Positions 58,750 through 64,000 of a stretch of DNA of 64,000 bases are shown here, one piece after another; positions within the stretch are counted from its first letter, which is position 1; the number at the start of each line of letters is the position of its first letter. The stretch is taken from NCBI GenBank assembly GCA_964601635.1, contig CAZROH010000001.1, positions 18,476 to 82,475 of the forward strand, in the 5' to 3' direction. This stretch comes from an uncultured Alteromonas sp. Its GTDB lineage: Bacteria > Pseudomonadota > Gammaproteobacteria > Enterobacterales > Alteromonadaceae. The position numbers were made by a program, and so were the translations under genes. The notes beneath the pieces were generated by a model. The model was not told the origin of the DNA. It was given only the letters and a program-made list of their open reading frames with translations, and ran no database searches.

Positions 58750-58984
58750 GCGCAGCAGGTCATCGATTGTTGTTTTCAAAGAGAACTGTCAACTTTCTGT
58801 GGGCCTTTCGTAAAGTAACCTCGAAAGGCGTTACTACATCAGTGCACCGAATAGTGTATGAACATTTTACGCTTAGAGGTTGATCCGCACTGAGCGAAAC
58901 CAGTTTAACGGAAATACCAAGTCACTTGAGATGACTCCCTCTTATGAAGACCGCATACCATCTGTGAAAAATTATCTAACAGGG

Positions 58985-60103
58985 TTACATCCGTTTAAAG
59001 ATCCGTTTTAGTGGCCTAAGTCGCCGTTTGGAGTGTATACCGAACTCTCGAAGTGATAATGATACTTTTGCGGTACAGTGCTGAAAGAGTGGAAGCTTAA
59101 AGAGTTGCCGATATGCTTGTTGTTGCTCAATATTTTTCTGCCGATTAACGATAGCAGCTAGAGTACAGTAAAGCTGTGGTGCTTTTATTTTAAGTTCTTC
59201 AATCAATTCAATAACATCATGTTGCGAGTCATTTTGATCTTTAACGGGCAATGATGCCAACCATGTCATCTCATCTTCAAACCGTTTAAGATCCTGACTG
59301 CTTAGCAGATGACTAAACTCACGCTGAAAAGCGTTAAATTGCTTTGTGTAGCGTTTCAATTGAGCATCATCTAAAAGCCGATAAGGTGTTGCGTTGTAGC
59401 TAGCCTGTTGCAGGAATTGATCTAGCTTTTTTTGAATCCCTGTCAAATCGAATTGATTCAGCCATCGTTTTAATTCAATAGCAGCAAACGAATAGGAAGA
59501 GTTTATTCTTTCATTCGCAGGCGAAGGCAACGCATCTTCTACATTCAGCACGCGTAGCACGTCAGTAATGATACTCGCATCACTCAATGCTGATTTATAC
59601 GCAAACAGATGGAGTTGTGCTTTGGGCACGGTTTCAGATGTGAGTTTTAACGATTCCCACTGCCTTACATTAAGCCTTTTCGTCGGCACGTAGGGAGTAG
59701 TTTGACCATGTCGTTTAACCGCCTGATTGTAAATCGATAAAACGAATTCTATCGGGTTACGGGCAAACGCGATCAATTCGATGGACGGGTGCAACCGCAG
59801 TAATGACGCTTCGATTCTAAAAAATGACTCTGAACTCAGTAATAAAACATCAAATTTACTGTCATTACGAAATTTTTTAATTAGCTTTAAAAATCTACTT
59901 TCATCCAGGATAAGACGGCCTTGTTCGTCTTCCTTACAAATCACTCGGGCATTACCTGAGCTAATGTTGTTAACATCGGCCGCATGAGCGGGGTACCAAA
60001 TCCCTAGCTGTTCAAGTTTCTCACTGTTTCGCAATAAATAATGCTGGATTGCGGAACTACCCGTTTTCGGAGGCCCAACGTGAACAATGACTCTCTTTTT
60101 CAA
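58985..60103 (-). CDS. Sulfotransferase-like P-loop protein
   Basis: VHVGPPKTGSSAIQ (5'-PSB-like), LLSSESF, RNPIEF..SIYNQ. Confidence 0.75.
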   Translation of the reverse strand: MKKRVIVHVGPPKTGSSAIQHYLLRNSEKLEQLGIWYPAHAADVNNISSGNARVICKEDEQGRLILDESRFLKLIKKFRNDSKFDVLLLSSESFFRIEASLLRLHPSIELIAFARNPIEFVLSIYNQAVKRHGQTTPYVPTKRLNVRQWESLKLTSETVPKAQLHLFAYKSALSDASIITDVLRVLNVEDALPSPANERINSSYSFAAIELKRWLNQFDLTGIQKKLDQFLQQASYNATPYRLLDDAQLKRYTKQFNAFQREFSHLLSSQDLKRFEDEMTWLASLPVKDQNDSQHDVIELIEELKIKAPQLYCTLAAIVNRQKNIEQQQAYRQLFKLPLFQHCTAKVSLSLREFGIHSKRRLRPLKRIFKRM

Positions 60104-60212
60104 AACGGTGATCCTTAATTCTTACTTCTTATTTATTCGGAACGTCAACCATAGAATTTTAACACATTGCTAAAGGTGTTTTGTGCCGCAAATAGCCAAA
60201 AGATGCACATAT

Positions 60213-60245
60213 AAAAAAAGCGCTGCAAACTGCAGCGCTTTTTTG
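60213..60245 (-). terminator. groESL terminator
   Basis: AAAAAAAGCGCTGCA-AAC-TGCAGCGCTTTTTTT. Confidence 0.9.
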
Positions 60246-60264
60246 AGCCGTTAAGCGTGTGGCG

Positions 60265-61914
<1,650 letters not shown>

Positions 61915-61936
61915 CTAAATTCAGTTAAATTGATGA

Positions 61937-62227
61937 TTACTCGACAATCGCAAGAATGTCGCTTTCGCTTACGATCAGCACTTCTTCGCCGTCCAGCTTT
62001 TCAGTTTTCACGCCGTAACCATCATTAAAAATAACGGTGTCGCCTACTTTTACATCCAAAGCTTTCACATCACCATTTTCTAGGATGCGACCATTTCCTA
62101 CAGCGATAACCTCGCCACGCGTTGATTTTTCTGCTGCAGAACCAGTTAGCACAATGCCACCAGCAGATTTGGTTTCTTGCTCAGCGCGCTTAATGATTAC
62201 GCGATCGTGTAAAGGACGAATTGCCAT
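61937..62227 (-). CDS. groS: Co-chaperonin GroES
   Basis: [21 protein letters not shown]. Confidence 0.98.
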   Translation of the reverse strand: MAIRPLHDRVIIKRAEQETKSAGGIVLTGSAAEKSTRGEVIAVGNGRILENGDVKALDVKVGDTVIFNDGYGVKTEKLDGEEVLIVSESDILAIVE

Positions 62228-62369
62228 TTTCAAGTCTCCTGAAAATTCCAACTATTTTCTAAGTTTCAAATTTACCTTTGCTACCTAATTTGTATCAGAT
62301 ACAAAGCTTTTGTGGTTTGCCTGCCAATGACGATTGACATAAGCAGGCGTAAATTGTTTCTGCGTGGTT

Positions 62370-62398
62370 AAATGGGGTAGTCGTGAAACGATCTCAAG
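62370..62398 (-). promoter_or_regulatory. Sigma-32 heat-shock promoter of groESL
   Basis: Minus strand CTTGAG-N15-CCCCATTT. Confidence 0.85.
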
Positions 62399-62426
62399 GG
62401 GGGCAACAAAAAAAATTGGAAAAAAT

Positions 62427-62915
62427 TTAATCTAAGCGTTTATTGTTGTCGGAGTCCGTTTTATCCTGATATTCCCCTTCAATAACACCGTCTTCTTTAC
62501 TCTGAGGTCGTGCTGATGCGTTATATTGTTGATGGCTTTGAAACGACGCCCCACTGACCACTTGCATCGAGAGGTGTTTTTTCAGTTTCTTAGCCAACAG
62601 TTTGCGCGTAGGAGGCAGAACTAGCAATAAGCCAAATGTATCGGTGATAAAACCGGGCGTCACCAGCAACACGCCAGCCACAACAAGCATCAAACCTTCC
62701 AGCATTTCCTGGCCAGGTATCTGGTTCGACTGCATTTTTTGTTGTGCGGTAGTGAGTGTGCTTACCCCTTCACGGCGTACAAAATAAGCGCCAACAAACG
62801 CACTGATGATAACCAGCGCAATAGTATTCCACCCCCCAATAATGTCACCTACCTGAACCAATAACGCAATCTCGATAATTGGCATGATGGCGAATAACAG
62901 AAACAAATTGCGCAA
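62427..62915 (-). CDS. fxsA: FxsA cytoplasmic membrane protein
   Basis: PIIEIALL, GVLLVTPGFITD, VIEGEY; canonical position upstream of groES. Confidence 0.93.
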   Translation of the reverse strand: MRNLFLLFAIMPIIEIALLVQVGDIIGGWNTIALVIISAFVGAYFVRREGVSTLTTAQQKMQSNQIPGQEMLEGLMLVVAGVLLVTPGFITDTFGLLLVLPPTRKLLAKKLKKHLSMQVVSGASFQSHQQYNASARPQSKEDGVIEGEYQDKTDSDNNKRLD

Positions 62916-62951
62916 ACTGAGGCTCCGTATGATTGATGCTAATAATTAAAA

Positions 62952-62977
62952 GTGGGGTGTTTTCTTTAAATGACAAC
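62952..62977 (-). promoter_or_regulatory. Possible sigma-32 promoter of fxsA
   Basis: Minus strand GTTGTC-N14-CCCCAC; fxsA belongs to the E. coli heat-shock regulon. Confidence 0.45.
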
Positions 62978-63085
62978 CACAGTACGGCAATTTGTAAAAA
63001 TTGAACGATAATTCGTACTTTGGAGGTCTTGCTTACATGCTAAGCTAAGACTGTTTATGCAATTATTTCAACAAAGGATTACGCT

Positions 63086-63403
63086 ATGTCCGTTTGTGTT
63101 GTGTTCTGCACTGTTCCAGAAGAGGCTCTGGCTAAAAAATTGGCCATTGAGTTAGTGGATAAAAAATTAGCGGCCTGCGTAAAAATAATTCCGAACGTGA
63201 CGGCGACTTACCGGTGGGACGAAAAGGTGGTAAACGATACGGAATGCCAGATGATTATCAAAACGGTAACAGATAACGTCGAAGCAGCCTTAACGTTAGT
63301 AAAAACGCTCCACCCCTATGATGTGCCGGAATGGCTGGTGATCCCCGATGTGCAAGGCAGTGATGCTTATATTAGTTGGGTACGTAAACAAACTCGGTCT
63401 TAA
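63086..63403 (+). CDS. cutA: Divalent-cation tolerance protein CutA
   Basis: KKLAACV, YRW, LHPYDVPE. Confidence 0.93.
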   Translation: MSVCVVFCTVPEEALAKKLAIELVDKKLAACVKIIPNVTATYRWDEKVVNDTECQMIIKTVTDNVEAALTLVKTLHPYDVPEWLVIPDVQGSDAYISWVRKQTRS

Positions 63404-63474
63404 GCAACCATTTGAGTGTATGTTGGTGAACTCCGACAAAAAAGGTTAAAACGTAAGTAGTAGAGAAGTATAAA

Positions 63475-64000
63475 ATGAATATGAAACACCTGCTTTTATT
63501 TGTTCTGGCTTTATTTTTGGCACTACCCTCTAGTGCGCAACTTCCTGAGGATGATGCTTTCGCGGAAATATTCAGTGATGAAACTGAGTTTCTTCCTGTA
63601 GAGCAGGCGTTTGTATTTGACTTTACTCAACAGAATAACGAGCTACAAATTCACTTCACCATCGCGCAAGGTTACTACTTGTATAAACATCAGTTTAAAA
63701 CAGTAACCAAAAACGTCACGTTAGGCGAAGCAAAGTACCCTCCAGCTAAAAAAAAGGAAGACGAATTTTTTGGCGTGTCGGAGGTGTACTATGACAATGT
63801 CACTATCACCTATCCAATTCATCAGGCGGACAACGACGGCGTAGTGAAATTACGTTTTCAGGGATGTGCAGATGCCGGCTTGTGTTATCCGCCAACTACC
63901 CAAGTCATTTATCTCTCTGAGGTAAGTGACAGTAACTTGTCCGACTCAGGCTCAATGGCTCCTACTTTTCAATCACAGCAATATGACCTGGCCGAACGAT
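63475..64000 (+). CDS. dsbD: Thiol:disulfide interchange protein DsbD, N-terminal part (runs off window)
   Basis: My translation gives a signal peptide, FLPVEQAF, GYYLY, DEFFG and QGCADAGLCYPP; follows cutA as in the usual cutA-dsbD order. Confidence 0.92.
   Translation, partial: MNMKHLLLFVLALFLALPSSAQLPEDDAFAEIFSDETEFLPVEQAFVFDFTQQNNELQIHFTIAQGYYLYKHQFKTVTKNVTLGEAKYPPAKKKEDEFFGVSEVYYDNVTITYPIHQADNDGVVKLRFQGCADAGLCYPPTTQVIYLSEVSDSNLSDSGSMAPTFQSQQYDLAER

Overview
A ~44-45% GC chromosomal window from a marine gammaproteobacterium; gene content and order suggest Alteromonadaceae (inference). Housekeeping genes (gpmA, glpK/glpD, rbgA/ylqF, htpX, rlmE, glmU/glmS, speA, groES/groEL, fxsA, cutA, dsbD, nhaA, ndh) are interleaved with accessory genes: an RND/LolA-like/outer-membrane triad, a lipase with its foldase, a TonB-dependent receptor, a PEP-CTERM protein, GNATs, an orphan Xre/MbcA-type antitoxin and a 1498-aa PAS/coiled-coil protein. 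I saw no rRNA, tRNA, CRISPR array, transposase or integrase. The best candidate for an undescribed system is a 98-aa upstream ORF (23129-23425, minus strand) with a signal-like N-terminus and a C-terminal RAPP ribosome-arrest motif. Its Pro-Pro-Gln codons start a hairpin that pairs with the Shine-Dalgarno of a downstream CBS-domain gene, a SecM/MifM-like architecture with an unusual target. Other leads: two orphan plus-strand terminators (candidate sRNAs), two unannotated small ORFs with good RBSs (one behind a sigma-54-type promoter), a His-less HPt-like domain on the giant PAS protein, and a duplicated putative DeoR operator. All assignments come from reading motifs by eye; no database searches were run.
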